A stretch of DNA of 64,000 nucleotides from Camelus dromedarius (lineage: Eukaryota): positions 52,454,001 to 52,518,000 of the forward strand of contig NC_087436.1 in NCBI RefSeq assembly GCF_036321535.1, given 5' to 3'. The notes under the pieces were generated by a model. The model saw only the letters and a list, made by a program, of their open reading frames with translations, did not search any database and had not been told where the DNA came from. Position numbers and translations under genes: made by a program. Of this stretch, positions 13,170 to 27,403 are shown one piece after another. Within the stretch, counting starts at the first letter, position 1; each line of letters begins with the position of its first letter.

Positions 13170-13380
13170 GATAATATAATGGCAGTCACTGTGCTAATCA
13201 CTTTATCAAAATCACCACACCTGTTTTATATAACTCCAAAATTTTAATGTCTCCAGTTACAGATGAGGAAACTAAGGCATAGAAATTTTAAATAACTTGT
13301 TCATAGTCACAGTTAATTTGTGGAAGCAGAAAGCTAAAACTATTGTCTGTCTAACTTTAAAGCCTAAGTTAACACCAGTG
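13170..13380 (-). mobile_element. MIR
   Basis: 'ttacagatgaggaaactaaggcatagaaattttaaataacttgttcatagtcacag', the MIR core. Confidence 0.85.
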
Positions 13381-14959
13381 CTAGTAATTTTGGCATTAAA
13401 GTACATAGATAATCTCTATTTCATTTTGACTTGTGTTTATAAACCCCAAAACTTCTTGGTAAGAGATTCAAAAGTTCAGAAATGGAAATTATGACATGAA
13501 AAGAAGGTTTGGAGTTTGCTATGATTCCAGTCCAAATTTCCATCCTCCTACAAATATTCTTCTGAGCTCAGAAGCAAGTATATTTATAATTATGGTTACT
13601 GTTCTTTTTATCTCTGTCCAGGTAATCAGTATGTGACAGCAACTTAACTTGAAAGTGTCTTTTTTTTTTTTTTTTTTTAGGTCAAAGAACAGATCTGTCA
13701 TGACCATCAGTTCAGAATACCATCACTATGATGAAAAGAAACTAAACCATTCATCTACATTTTTTTTTAAAGAAAGAAAAAGACATCCAAGGTAGGTTTT
13801 CTTGCTAATGCTAAGCAAAGGCTGTGTACTTCCAGCTTGAATAATATTCCTAAATCATTTTGTAGGTAGATAAGGAGAAGGATGGGGAAGACAGAGGAGA
13901 CTATGCTTCTGCATTGAATTAATGTGGTTATATAAAATTTATCTTTCCCATTTAGGTAGTATTTTTATGCATAAAATCCTTGAAATCAAAGTAATTTTAC
14001 AGAAAAGAGATACGTGCATAGAATATTCATTTCGATGAGTTAAGCGCTTCTGAAGACCCCTTTTTCACACAAGAGTGAAAAATTCTAGGTATTAGATGCT
14101 GGGCTGCAGTTCTAGCTTATCATTACACTAGCAAGGAGATCTGGGCTAATCTCCTAACTTCATTTTCATTTGAAAAACGGTAACAGCGGAGAGTTCTGTG
14201 AGCTTAGTGGTCAGCAAAGCACTCTTCAAAGGTAGGACTAATCATAGCTCTTCTTCATCATTTCATTACGTGCTACTCTCTGCTCCCCCAGCTCCTAGCA
14301 AGCTCAACTGCCTACATCCATGGTTTAGAGATATATCATGAAAATACCCTGTGCTCCTCCCCTCTTCTACTATTATTTCAGTCAATTAGTTCCTCCTTAT
14401 ATGTATTCATTTATTTAATGTATCCTCATGTATCTGCCGTGCCTTATCTGTTTCAGATATGCCTTTCATGTGCACCAACTTTTGTTCACGCACTGTTACG
14501 GTGGTATAGTTACCTATTACACATTCGTCTTCTCCAGCTTCACTGAACACTTCCAAAAGCAGGCCCTGTGCCCTATTCATTTTTCCATCTTCATCATTTG
14601 AGCAGAGCGTTGGTTAGCAGACATTTGTTGAATTGGTAAATGAGCATTTCTTCTGCTTCATAGAGTCATCACTACTAATGCTAAGAGGTATCCAGACAGT
14701 TCTTTGGATGATAGCAATGAAATGAAAGCTGCGAATGATGTTTGGACAGTAGGTGTATAATAGTGTCGTAATAGAGAATATCCTAGTTATTAGAAAATAA
14801 GTGAAAGTTTTCAAATCAGATCTTTAAATGGCTTCACTGTATCCTTTTTCAGCATCCTTCTATAAAGTCCTAAACAATCCACTCCAAAAATAAAAAATGC
14901 TATCTATAAAGTATGGTACTGGATCTTAAAACAGTGAGGATTCCATACTTTATCCATGC

Positions 14960-15175
14960 ATTTTAGTCAACAAATACTTATTGAAATTAATATGATAAGC
15001 ACTTTGTTAGGTGCTAGGGATCTTCTGGTGGGCAGAGGGAAAGAGTCTCTGCCCCTACAGAGCTCACAGCCCCCTGGGAAGACGGGCATATGGAAAAGTC
15101 ATTGATGATTACAATCTGCCATGAAAGCTGTGACAGGCAGGCAGAGGGAGCTGAAACAGTGCTGGGAAGGCCACA
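14960..15175 (-). mobile_element. L2 3' end
   Basis: 'tcaacaaatacttattga...gcactttgttaggtgctagggat...gtctctgcccctacagagctcacag'. Confidence 0.75.
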
Positions 15176-16169
15176 CCCTGCCTTCTAGAAGCTCTAGCTG
15201 TTCACAGTTCACTGTGACACCTGACTCCTCTGAAAGTGGGGTCTCATTGCTTGTAACTCCCACTTTCAGTCAAAATTATCCATCTTAGCTCTGAACTCTT
15301 TTCTGAAACTGAAGGCATTTTTTTTGGTTCTAATTTATTTAGATTACTGATTTACTGATTATTCAGCTATCAACTGAAAAAGTAATCTTTTTCTGAACTT
15401 AAGATGATCTAACCACTGAATCCAGTGTCCTTTAGATGAAGCATTTTAGAGCTCACCCTGAAACACTTTTAGCACTAGTGAACCACAAAAATAAGAAATT
15501 CACAAGACAATAAAGAAAAAAGTCCAACCACATTTATACATAGAGTCAGAGAGATTTCCCATTGGAAGCGTTCACAGTGGACACACTTTCACTGTCTTCC
15601 TTTAATTTGAAGACCTTCATCTTCTTAACACCTGCACCAACAGAGAGCTCATGCTTTGAGAGGCTATTATTCCAATTTGGATACTTCTGTTCCTTTTAAA
15701 GATTTCATTTTGCCACAGGAAAAAAACATGTTTAACTTCCTGTGAAACTACTAGATAAACAATCTCACCCATCTTTTACATAATAAACTCTCCTTTACTC
15801 AAAGGCAGTGGTTATCGTGGTTATGACTCTGTTAAACCTTTTTTCTTTAGGTGAAAATTTTCAGTTCCTTTATCTATGCCCCATGTTACACGGTGTCCAT
15901 GACTTATCAATTAAACACATACTTACTGAGTTCCGGTTTTGTTCCAGACCCACAGCTAAGCAGTAGAGATACGGGATTGGTTAAAATACTCATTGATCTT
16001 TCCAGTCTTTGCATCTATCTCTTTTGCGTGAACTTTATTATGACAATGTCTCACTTAAAATATATTTTGCATGGTCGTGCCAATGAATAGAAATGAGGCT
16101 GAGATGGCCCTGTCTTCATGAAAAGCCATTTTATACTGTTGCCTATAATTGGATTTGTAATAATTAAAT

Positions 16170-18320
16170 TCATCTGGGACTTTTTTTCCCCATGATGAAA
16201 TGTTAAAGCACAAATCTTCCCTTTGTATTGAATTTTTTAAACTCAGTGTAAAATTTTATATTTCTCTGTTAAATTTCATGTTTTTTTATTTGACCTATCA
16301 AAATTTGTTTGCATTTTTATTCAGAATCCAATGTGTTAGCTGTTCTTCATAATTTTCTGCATCTAAAAGTTTTCTAAATATGCCTCTATGTCTTCATTTA
16401 TGATGTAGATTAAAATGAATTAGAAGAGGGTCAACAACAGAGCCCTGTGACATATCACTAGACTTTGTTCTAGTAATCTTTTGAGATGATTTTCAACCAG
16501 TAACACATAAATCCACCTGTATCATTAAACATGAAGTCATAAAAAACTACTTGTGTTGAAGTATTTGTCATATGTGGTCAAATACCTTCCTGAAATCATA
16601 ATCACTGTTTTTCAAATTAAATATGGTATGTATTTCTGCAAATCACACAGGCTCATGATTATTTTTGAGTGTTCATATATCATTAGTGAAAAATCTGTTC
16701 TTAAATCTACATTGAGTTTGCCTACTTGTAGTTTATGAAATGAATATATTCCCCCCTTTGAATAATCAAGTATTTGTGCTTTTGTGGTTTCCTAGGACTT
16801 GCTGTATTTCCAGTTTTATAAAATGCCACCAAATATTCTACAACTACACCTGCAGTTGCTTTTGCACACTAGGATGTAACTCATACGAACTTTTACTCTC
16901 TGCCTAAGAGAGAGTCACAGAATAGAAAGAAGAAAATACATGACTTCTAATGTCAGACAGGGTTAGATCCCCTTTCCAGGGTCTCTGCTAAATATGCCTT
17001 ACCTCCTCAGGCAGCTTAATGACTTTCTCTTAGCATTGATTCCGTCTTCTGTAAAAGTAATGATACCTTTTAATTCCTAGGAATGAATGAGATGTGTGTA
17101 TAAAATTTCACTGGTGATCAAAGCTTTTGAACTCACTTATTTATTAATTCACTCATTGTTCCCAGAGCCTGTAAGAGAACATGTAGTAAATTCCGTAAAA
17201 AGTATTTTTGAATAAATGCATGGCAGTTAGTAGTTGTCAATTAACATAGGTTTAATTTCCTCTTCCTCACCTTCATTGAACCTAACTTCTTCTCGGCAAA
17301 GTCCTAGCCTGTACACTTTGAAGGTCATTGTCTTTCACGTGAGAAGTAGGAGTGAAATAAATGCTGACTTGTTCTCCTTTCTCCCTTTTAACATTACAGC
17401 CTCAGGGCCAAGACTACTTACTCCTTCCTTAAGGTCTTTTTTCATACAAAACAGAATAACAGACATTTTTGTTGTCCTCAGTATATTTCACAAACCCTAA
17501 CTTCTTCTGTGTTTTAATATTTTTGTAATGAATTTTCTGGTTAGAATACTTCTTTATATTCTTTCTTTGAAATGTGCCTCTTCTTCCATGATGTTGCATT
17601 CTTAGATAACTCCCTGTAGAGCTACACTGATTTCCTTAGAAGTCACCTCCTTTCCCTTATTTTAGGAGATTATTTATGACTGAATTGTCAGAATTTATTT
17701 TCTTAGAGATTCCTATCCTTTTTAAATCGCCCTATTCTTTTAAGTTCCTGAACACAGACTCATGTCTTTTCTGAATATTTTGAAGCTGCTTTTTTCTAAA
17801 AGGCCAGTGCACACATCAGACTATCCCCTGTATGTATCCTTCCTTTGATTTTATGCCAGTGCTTATACACTAAAAATCAGCTCTTCGTTTTTTATTTGCA
17901 ATAATTTTCAAAGTAGCAATCCCCAGAGTTGCTTTCATCACCGTCTAGGAAATAAATCTGTTAGTGAAAAGAGTCAATAATGTATCAGGTTTCAAGTGGC
18001 ATGAGGCTTCTGAAAGACATCTTTGTATATAAGGATTTCAATACACTTCTGTGTCTTCTATATAATAGTTTCATCCCACTATGCCTGTATTTTGATTACA
18101 TTATCCAGCGTAGCCAACTGGTCTAATACGTTAACTTTTACAACAGCAGTTGCTAGTGCTTTTCTCTTCTGTCCTTTATTTTCACGTAAATACCTTCCAA
18201 ATGCATACTACCGTAATAACTGACGACTTCCCCTACAGTCGAATGCTACCATAACTTAGATGAGACTTGGTTGTGAGCTCTGTGAGATTTTTATCCACAA
18301 ATGTCAACAGGAAGATGTTG
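16170..18320 (-). mobile_element. Long L3/CR1 LINE remnant, interrupted by MIR/L2 pieces at ~16900-17220
   Basis: 'gggtcaacaacagagccctgtgacatatcactagac', 'ttttgttgtcctcagtatatttcacaaaccctaacttc' and 'ctgcttttttctaaaaggccagtgcacacatcagactat' resemble collinear parts of the L3 consensus in antisense. Confidence 0.65.
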
Positions 18321-18654
18321 GGTCAGGCTGAAGTGACACTGACATAGCACGAGACACCCCAATTTCAGGGCTGGTCCTCAGGTGGGGGCGAGATGAGCAG
18401 CTGAACTTCATTATATAATTTTCCTTGTGGTAAACCAAGCTAGACTTCATCTGGTGGGGAAAATATGGCCACGTTAGTTGAGACTGTAGGTTGAAACTGA
18501 AAGTCAGGTGAACAGAACAGAGCCCTCAAGTCTAAGACAGCAGTAACTGCTGCTGAGCAAGGATGGGAAAAACAGGGGCAAGTATACCTTCTTACACATG
18601 CAAGTGTGTCACCCTTTCTAATCAGCACAGTCTCATAAATAACATTTTCCTTTC

Positions 18655-18935
18655 TGGGAACCCTTGTGCACTATTGTTGGGATTATAAATTGGTGTAGCC
18701 ACTATGGAAAATAGTATAGAGTTCCCTCAAAAAATTAAACATGGAAGTGCCATATAAGCCAGCAATTCTACTTCTGGGAATATATCCAAAGGAAACACTA
18801 ATTTGAAAAGATATCTGCACCCCTATATTTATAGCAGCATTATGTACAATAGTCAAGACCTGGAAACAACCTGTGTCCATCAATAGAAGAACGGATAAAG
18901 AAGATGTGGCATACACATATAGATACGTATATTCA
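18655..18935 (+). mobile_element. L1 ORF2 C-terminal fragment
   Basis: 'gggaacccttgtgcactattgttggg...gtagccactatggaaaatagtat...gcagcattatgtacaatagtcaagacctggaaacaacc'. Confidence 0.9.
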
Positions 18936-18974
18936 CTTTATTCTATTTTGTTTTGTTTATCTTTTGTTTATCCA

Positions 18975-19575
18975 AATTATTTTTCCCATTTATTGATATA
19001 TAATAGATGTATAGCACTGTGTAAGTTTAGGGTGTAGAGCATAATGATTTGACTTACACATATCATGAAATGATTGTCACAGTATTTTTAGTGAACATCC
19101 ATCATCTCATACAGATACAAAATAAAAGAAAAAGGAAAAATATATTTTCCTTGTGATGAGACCTCTTAGGAGTTACTCTCTTGATAGCTTTCACATATAA
19201 CACACAGCAGTGTTAATTAGGTCTACCATGCTGTACATCACATCCCTAGTGCTTATTTATCTTACAACTGGAAGTTTGTATCTTTTGACCACCTTCCTCC
19301 AATCCGCTCTCCCCCAGCACTTCACCTCTAGTAACCACAAATCTAACCTCTTTTTCTATGAGTTTGTTTGTTTGTTTGTTGTTGAAGTTTAATTGACCTA
19401 CAACACTATGTTAGTTTTTAGTGTACAACATAGTGATTAAATATTTCTATACTTTTCAAAATGAGCATTCAGAATGGTTATTATTGACTATACTCCCCAC
19501 ACTGTGCAGTTCATACCTGGGACTCATTGATTTTGTAACTGGCAGTTAGTACCTCTTAATCTCCCTCCTATTTCT
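18975..19575 (-). mobile_element. L1MA9-like / artiodactyl L1 3' UTR
   Basis: 'gtaagtttagggtgtagagcataatgatttgac...catgctgtacatcacatccctagtgcttatttatcttacaactggaagtttgta...gtaaccacaaatc'. Confidence 0.85.
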
Positions 19576-21741
19576 CTCTTAGAAATATCTCATAAGAAAT
19601 ATGTTTCTTTATTGAGAAATAGGCATGGATATAAATTCTAATTTATAATGTGCACTTCTTTGAGCATAATCATAATTGAAGCATTAAAACGTATTTTGCT
19701 TTTCTCTACGTTTTTATGCCTGAGGAGAAAAGGCTGAAAAACCTGTGGTCATCATCTGATAGTCAACTTTTCAAGCATTTTGAAAGAGCCTCACTCTATT
19801 ACTAATTAACTGTTCTTCAGCATTTATGTCATATGTTGACTTCTGAAATCTTGGTTATGCTATCAAAAATGTGTGCAATAAATCATTTTAGTTATGTGAA
19901 TACTAATTTTAAATATGACAACTTTTTAACACTTAAATGCTATAGCTTTAATATTATACTAATATTCATTTTACATTGATATTCATTTGTCCAGGTTTTG
20001 GAGTAAGTTTTATGTGCTAATTAGATTCTTCCATAGCATATTTTCTGTAGTCCAAAATGATAGAATTCAGAAAATTTGTGTGTGGAGTCACAGGCACTAT
20101 ATTTTCATAATCTTAGTTAACATTTCATTATTTCTACCCAGTATTAATCGAGAAGGAAAATAAGGTAGTGAAATTTACACAATGATCCCCACAGTGAATT
20201 AAAGCTGAAAGTCAGAAGAGAGAATAAATGTGGAGTGAAGGCTGAAATACACTTGGGTTATCACCTTCCTACACTGCCCATTACATTTGACACAGGCCCA
20301 AAAGAATGAACTCCTCCTGATCAGTGGGAAAAGAAGACCAGATTTGTGTCTGGGTAGGTAGTGATTGAATTTTTCAGTCTTCTGGAAAATTAAAGCCTGA
20401 CCCAAACATACACTTCTGTTTTGTTTCCTTTGAGACAGCCAAGAGTATGAGATAATAATTCCAAGCATTTCAAATACCAAGAGATGCCAAGACTGATGCA
20501 TTGTTTCCTGTTTCATGAGCTCAGTACAGGATGCTCAGCTCATAAACACTCTTAGGGAGCTTTGTGGGACACAAAATCACTTACCCAGCACTGTGAGCCT
20601 CCATTTTTAATTCCCCTCCAAATTAATTTTTATGACTTCTCAGGGAGTCTTTTCAATTCCCTATACAGGTCATGAAATTTTGATTAAACATTTAATGAGA
20701 TTCTTTGCATAGATCTGTCTTATTTCCCAAGCTCCTTCATTCCACCATGTCTATTCAACTCAGTGCCTCATCTCTAAAATAAACTATTAAAAGAATAATT
20801 ACTCCTTCACAGTTTTACAGCATACAGTCTTTTCAGTCTTGGCCTCCATAGTTACAAGTTTTTTAAAAAATCTGTTTTTATCTAAACCATTGTTGGGAGC
20901 CTACCATTTGCTAGTCATGGTGGTGGAGGATAAAAAAGACAGAGATGAATAAAAATGGTGATTTCTTCTCTCAAATAATTCACAATATTATTCACAGACA
21001 TCAAAAAAGTATTTACAGTATGAAGGTGAGATGAACCAAATTGCTACGAAATACCTGGTGCCCTGGTATTTTCTAGCACATTTTTTTTCCAATATGGTAT
21101 TCATATGAATTTACTCAAAAATCAACATAGATTTATCTGTTCAGTGCAAACAATAAAATTTAATCAGTGTGTGTTCTAACCACCTTGACTCATCTACCAG
21201 TAAACATGCAGCGTATCACATATACATATATTTGTTTTTATTATGGTGATAGTTCTTAATGTGTGTCTGGTATTCGACATTTCAAGCATACACACAGATT
21301 TTAATGTTAAAACAAGGTAAAATAATGATGGAAGAAGAAATTAAACATCTCTGATATAAAAGTAGAGAACAGAGAATAGTGAAGAGGAAGCAACTAACGG
21401 AGCCTGGGGCTGAGGAGTTAGGCAAGGCTTGACAAGGGAATCACATTTATATTGAGATTCAAAGAATAGATATATAGATTAATATATAGCTAGCTAGTTA
21501 GCTAGATGATTAGATAGATAGACAGGATTTCATGGTGAAGAGATTGGAGAGAGAATACCCTCGTCAGTAAGAAGAGTAAATGCATTAAAGTGTGAAAGAT
21601 GCCCTGGTGTGGTGAACATTGGTTTCTGCCAAACTAAGAGAGTCTTTATATGCAAACAATAGAGTGTTGAGAATGTGAACTTGTCTTTTTTTTTTTTTTT
21701 TGTCAGAGCTGTGTAAGAATTTATAGATTTTGTTGAGCATT

Positions 21742-22943
21742 TTTTTTGTTTTTTTTTAAACATTTTTTATTGATTTATAATCCTTTTACAATGTTGTGTC
21801 AAATTCCAGTGTTCAGCACAATTTTTCAGTTATACATGAACATATATATATTCATTGTCACATTTTTTCTCTGTGAGCTACCGTAAGATTTTGTGTATAT
21901 TTCCCTGTGCTATACAGTATAATCTTGTTTATCTATCCTGCAATTTTGAAATTCCGTCTATCCTTTCCACCCTCCGCTCTTGGCAACCACAAGTTTGTAT
22001 TCTATGTCTATGAGTCTATTTCTGTTTTGTATTTACGCTTTGTTTTTTTGTTGTTGTTATTTTTGTTTTTGTTTTTTAGATTCCACATATGAGTGATCTC
22101 ATATGGTATTTTTCTTTCTCTTTCTGGCTTACTTCACTTAGAATGACATTCTCCAGGAGCATCCATGTTGCTGCAAATGGTGTTATGTTGTCGGTTTTTA
22201 TGGCTGAGTAGTATTCCATTGTATAAATATACCACATCTTCTTTATCCAGTCACCTGTTGATGGACATTTATGCTGTTTCCATGTTTTGGCTATTATAAA
22301 TAGTGCTGCTATGAACATTGGGGTGCGGGTGTCATCCTGAAGTAGATTTCCTTCTGGATACAAGCCCAGGAGTGGGATTCCTGGGTCATACGGTAAGTCT
22401 ATTCCTAGTCTTTTGAGGAATCTCCACACTGTTTTCCATAGTGGCTGCACCAAAACATAGGCAAAACATTATCTGACATACATCTCAAAAATTTTCTCCT
22501 AGAAGAAATAAAAGCAAGAATAAACAAATGGGACCTAATGAAACTTACAAGCTTCTGCACAGCAAAGGAAACCATAAGTAAAACAAAAAGACAACCTACA
22601 GAATGGGAGAAAATTTTTGCAAATGAAACTGACAAAGGCTTGATCTCCAGAATATATAAGCAGCTCATATGACTCAATAAGAAAAAAATAAACAACCCAA
22701 TCCAAAAATGGGCAGAAGACCTAAACAAGCAATTCTCCAAGGAAGACATACAAATGATCAAAAGGCACAGGAAAAAATGCTCTATATCACTAGTTATCAG
22801 AGAAATGCAAATCAAAACTACAATGAGGTATCACCTCACACCAGTCAGAATGGCTGTCATTCAAAAATCCACAAATGGCAAATGCTGGAGAGGCTGTGGA
22901 GAAAGGGGAACCCTCCTACACTGCTGGTGGGAATGCAGTTTGG
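21742..22943 (-). mobile_element. Young camelid-type L1, 5'-truncated (~1.2 kb) with 5' inversion (twin priming)
   Basis: 21742-22454 is antisense poly-A, 3' UTR and an open ORF2 C-terminus (...SLICGI*); 22452-22943 is the adjacent upstream ORF2 segment on +, ending in the [18 protein letters not shown] knuckle; GAGCATT flanks both ends. Confidence 0.93.
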
Positions 22944-23699
22944 AGCATTGTTGAATGACTCTGGTTGTCATTGTGATTTCTGATGGAGAAAATGGCTGAA
23001 GGTAGACCAATTATGATATACTTGTAAAATACTACACAACCAAGAAGGTGAAATCTAATGTTTTGGAGAAGCAGGGATGAGTTCAAGAACTATTTTCAAA
23101 TAAAAAAAAAACAAAAACAAAAAAACTCAGTGACTAATTAGATAGAAGAATTAAATAAGAAACAAAAAGTGAGATTTGGTGGGTGGCAGTTACTGATTTG
23201 TTTAATCAAAGTAAGGAATTAAAAAAACAGATTTTATAGGCAAAATGAGATTTTAAAATACAACTATTTGTTTATGATGCCTAAAGTGCATCTAAACAGG
23301 AATATCCAAAAAGATATGACAAATATAAACTGGAGATCAAAAGACAGATCGAGATTAGATATGATGGCTCTTTTGCTGTGATAAGAATTGTAGTTGAAGC
23401 TGAAGAGAGAAGGTACAGAGCATTTTTTTCAGTAACCTATACTATGTTTATTGTTTTAGGCCAAAATTACTTTTGACAAACCAAATTTTTGTAGTTATCT
23501 TATTCAAATAGCAGCGTTGAAAGCTAGAAGACCATTGTTTGAAGAGTAGGTCAGACCTTTAAATTTTCTCCGTTGCTGTTTCCCCACTTAGAAAATGTTT
23601 ATAACAATATTTGTTTTACTGAGTTATTGAAATAGTCAAGGAAATATAAAATGAGAGAAAAAATTCCTGACTAAAATACCTCTGCAAGAGATCCATTTT

Positions 23700-26525
23700 A
23701 AATTTAATATCTACATATATTGAAAATAAAAAGAAGGAAAAATATATATGCAAACAGTAAGCATAGAAAAGCTAGAGTGGTTGTATCACTGTTAGACAAA
23801 ATAAATGCAGGAGAAAAGGTATCATAAATAAATAGAAATATTGCATAATGATAAAATAAATTTTCATGAAGATATTACAATCCTACGTACATGCAAAAAT
23901 GACATAAGTAAACAGAAAAATAATAAATAAATTCAAAATCATAGATAAAGATTTTAATACTCAACTCTCATTAATTGATAGGTCAAGAAAAAAATCAGAA
24001 AAATATAGATTTGATAACTTTATCAACTAATCTTGAACTAATTGACATTTATAGAACACTTCACTCCAAAACCATGGAGCACGTGTCATTTTTAAGTGGC
24101 CATAAAATGTTCACAAAGTTAAATCATATGCTGGGCCATAAAATAAATATTAATACATTTCAAAATAATTAACTCATTAAGAAGATGTTCTCTGAACACA
24201 GCAAAATTAAACTAAAATTCAGTAATATTATTATTAAAATTTAATAATATAAAATATTTAAATATTCCCTCAAGTATTTTGAATTTAAATAACACATTTC
24301 TCAGTAACTCAGGGTCAAATAATAAATCATAGAAAATTACAAAGTGTTGTTAAATGAATGATAATAAAATACAATATATCAAAATATGTAGGGTGTGGCT
24401 CTAGAAAATAAGGAAAGCTTAAAATCAGTGTTATAAGTGTACGTGTTAAGAAGTCAGAAAATAAAAAGTAAACAAAACTAAGAAGAAGAAAGAAAATAAT
24501 AAGAGAAGAAATTAACGTAAGAAAGATGGACAGTAGAAAAGAGTCACAAAGATGAAAATTGGTTCTTTGAGAAGGTCAAAAAAATTGAAAAAAACACTAG
24601 CAGGATTGATTGAGAAGAGAGGAAAAAAGGGAAAACACAAATTACCCATGTAAATTACTGATGAAAGAGAGGTTATCCTTATAGGTCCTACAGACATTAA
24701 ACAGATAATAAACAAATATTGTGAATAACTTAGGTCAATGCCTTTGACAATCTAGATGAAATAAACAAATTCCTCAAAAAAATGAAACTTTTCAAGACAG
24801 ATGAAAGGAGAAATAAAAAACATAAACAGCTTGATATCTCTGTTAGTGAGATTAAACTTGTTACAGAAAAAGTTACTATAAAAAAATTCAGATGTAGATG
24901 GTTTCATCGATGTTTTCTACCAAGTGTTTAATGAAGAAATAATACCAATGTTATCAAAACTCTTTTGGGAAATATAGGAGAAGAGAACGTATCCAAACTT
25001 GTTTTATGAGGCATGCTTAGCTCTATTACCAAAACTTGACAAAACTCGAGTAAAACTAGAGTCCATTATACCTCACGAACATCATCACAAAAATCCTTAA
25101 TAGCAACAAAAATAATAAGTCAGCATTCAAGCATGCAAATAAAAAATCAGTCAGTGTAATTCACCAAATTAAAGAGACTAAAGAAAAAAAAATCTAAATA
25201 AATGCAGCAAAAGCATTGGACATGATTTAAAACATATTCATCAAACTTGGAATCAAAGGGAATTCCTCTATTTGATATAGAGCATCTACAAAAAATACCT
25301 ATATCATATTTAATAGTAAAAAAATTTAATGTTGTCTCATGAAGATTGAAAGAGGAGAAAAATAGCTCCTCTCATCATTTCTATGCAACACTGTGTCAGA
25401 GGCCCTAAGCAATGCAATAAGATAAGATAAAGAAATCATAGCCATAAGGTTTAAAAGAAAGAGTTAACACTCTCTTTAATAGATACCAAAACTAGTTATG
25501 TAAAAGATCTTAAAAAAGATTCAAAAACAGGCTCATAGAACTCAAAAATATTTTTAACAAAGTCACAGGCTAGAAAGTCAATATACAAAAATCAACTGTG
25601 TTTTTTAATGAAAGAAGCACTAAATTATAAAGGAAATTTTTTAAATCCATTTACAGTAACATAAAAAATGTAAACTATTTAGGATTAAATTTAATGAAAG
25701 ACGTTAAACCACTGCACATTGAAAACTGTAAAACATTTATGAGAAAAAAATGGAGAGATAAACCATGGTCAGGGATTAAAAAATTGTTGTTAAGATATCA
25801 ATTCTCTCCATTGATCTATAGAGGCAACTTAATCCCAATCAACATCCCAATAGATTCTTGTAGAAATTTAACAGTCGATTTTGAATTTATGGAGATGCAA
25901 AGGATCTTGGATAACTAAAAGAATTTTTACTAAGAACCAAATTGGAAGAACTGCACTATCTGGCTTCAAGACTTTCTACAGGGTCACTTCAATCATGCTA
26001 GCATAAAAATAAAGTGACCAGTGGAACAGAGAGAGTTATTTGGTTTTTTTTTTAACAAAGATACCAAGGTAATTCAATTGGGATAGAAAAAATCTTTTTA
26101 GCAAAGTGTGCTGAAACAACTGGCTAATAAATAGAAACACAAATTTAAACACTTGTTCATATAACACATGTATGTGCAAGTGCAATTCAGTTGGATCATA
26201 GACTTAAATGTAAAAGTTAAAACTATTAAGCTTCTTGAAAAAAAAAACAACCCATAAAACCTGGAGTAGGCACAGTTTCTTTCAAGACAACAAAGAAAGC
26301 ATTACTCATAAAAGATAAAAATAATAAATTCTACCACATCAAAATTAAAACCTTCTGCTGGGCCAAACTTAGCATTAAGAGAAGGAAAAGGGAAGTCATA
26401 GACTGGGAAAAGATATTTTTAGTTCATATATCTGACGTAGTCTTGTATCCTGAATATGTAAAAGACTCCTATAAACCAATTTGTAAAACAGCAAGCAATT
26501 CAGTTAAAAAATGAGCAAAATACTT
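23700..26525 (+). mobile_element. Old L1 ORF2 body, 5' part of an element split by a MaLR provirus
   Basis: Degenerate ORF2 peptides, e.g. LELIDIYRTLHSKTMEHVSFLSGHKMFTKLNHMLGHK; many stops and frameshifts; ends 'aaaaaatgagcaaaatactt'. Confidence 0.9.
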
Positions 26526-26930
26526 TGTTTCAGTCGTCTAACACTGAGTAATGAGCTACCCCAAACTTAATGACTTAAGGCAAAGACTGTCATTTATTTT
26601 GCTTACAAATCTGTAATTTGAGCAAGGCTCAGAGGGGATAGCATATATCTGCTTTAGATGGCCACAGCTCAAATGGCATGAAGACTAAGGGTAACTCAAT
26701 GCCTGGAGGTTGGAATGAATCATCTGAAGGCTTACTGATTTACATATGTGGAAGTTGTTTTTGGATGGAGACTGGTGCCTCATCAAGGACTATTGTGCAT
26801 AACACTGCACATGTCCTGTCCATGTGGCTGCTTGGCTTCCTGTTAACAGAGCAGTTGGGTTCCAAGAGCAAGCATCCCAAGAGAAAATGGAAGCTTCAGG
26901 TTATTAAGGTCTAGGCTCAGGAACTGGCGC

Positions 26931-27403
26931 TGTGGAGCGAGTGGCATCTGTTGCCTATTATCAGGAGCAGAACTTTGAACACTTCTGCCCACCACGTCTT
27001 GGTATTGGAGTTTCCAAGGCAAACACAACACACTCAAGTACTCATATAGAGAAGAGACAGAACTTGCTTGAGCAGTGTGGGTCTGTCTCTCATAGCCTGT
27101 GAGCTCCTCCTTGCAGTTAGCCTGCACACATCCTTCTTGTGCTGCAGCAGAAGGATCCCATAACCTTCCTACAAGTAACAGATATTGCAGTGGGATTGGC
27201 CAGGTGCTGTGTGACATGTTTAAGCAGAACAAAGGAGTACGCATTGAGTCTGAAACAGGGAAAGATATTTTCACACAAGTTGAAAAGTCCAGCACAGGCT
27301 ATGAGCAAGGAGGTGTTTGGTGAGGAAGTGTAGGTCCTGGGGCCCATTCTTAGGTGATTAAGTGGGGGTTGAAAGACTATATGCATGAGACTCTTTCCCA
27401 AAT
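26931..27403 (-). mobile_element. ~470-bp insertion inside the first MLT1 LTR, probably an ERVL-class solo LTR (subfamily unassigned)
   Basis: MLT1 sequence breaks at 'gaactggcgc|tgtgg' and resumes at 'gtcacagtgtttcttctg'; starts with TG; LTR-sized. Confidence 0.5.

Noticed and set aside
22076..22983. Cluster of overlapping ORFs as a host gene
   Set aside because: These are L1 ORF2 fragments and their alternative or antisense frames.
26843..27401. 150-aa and overlapping ORFs
   Set aside because: They lie in LTR-like sequence with no retroviral or cellular motifs that I recognise.
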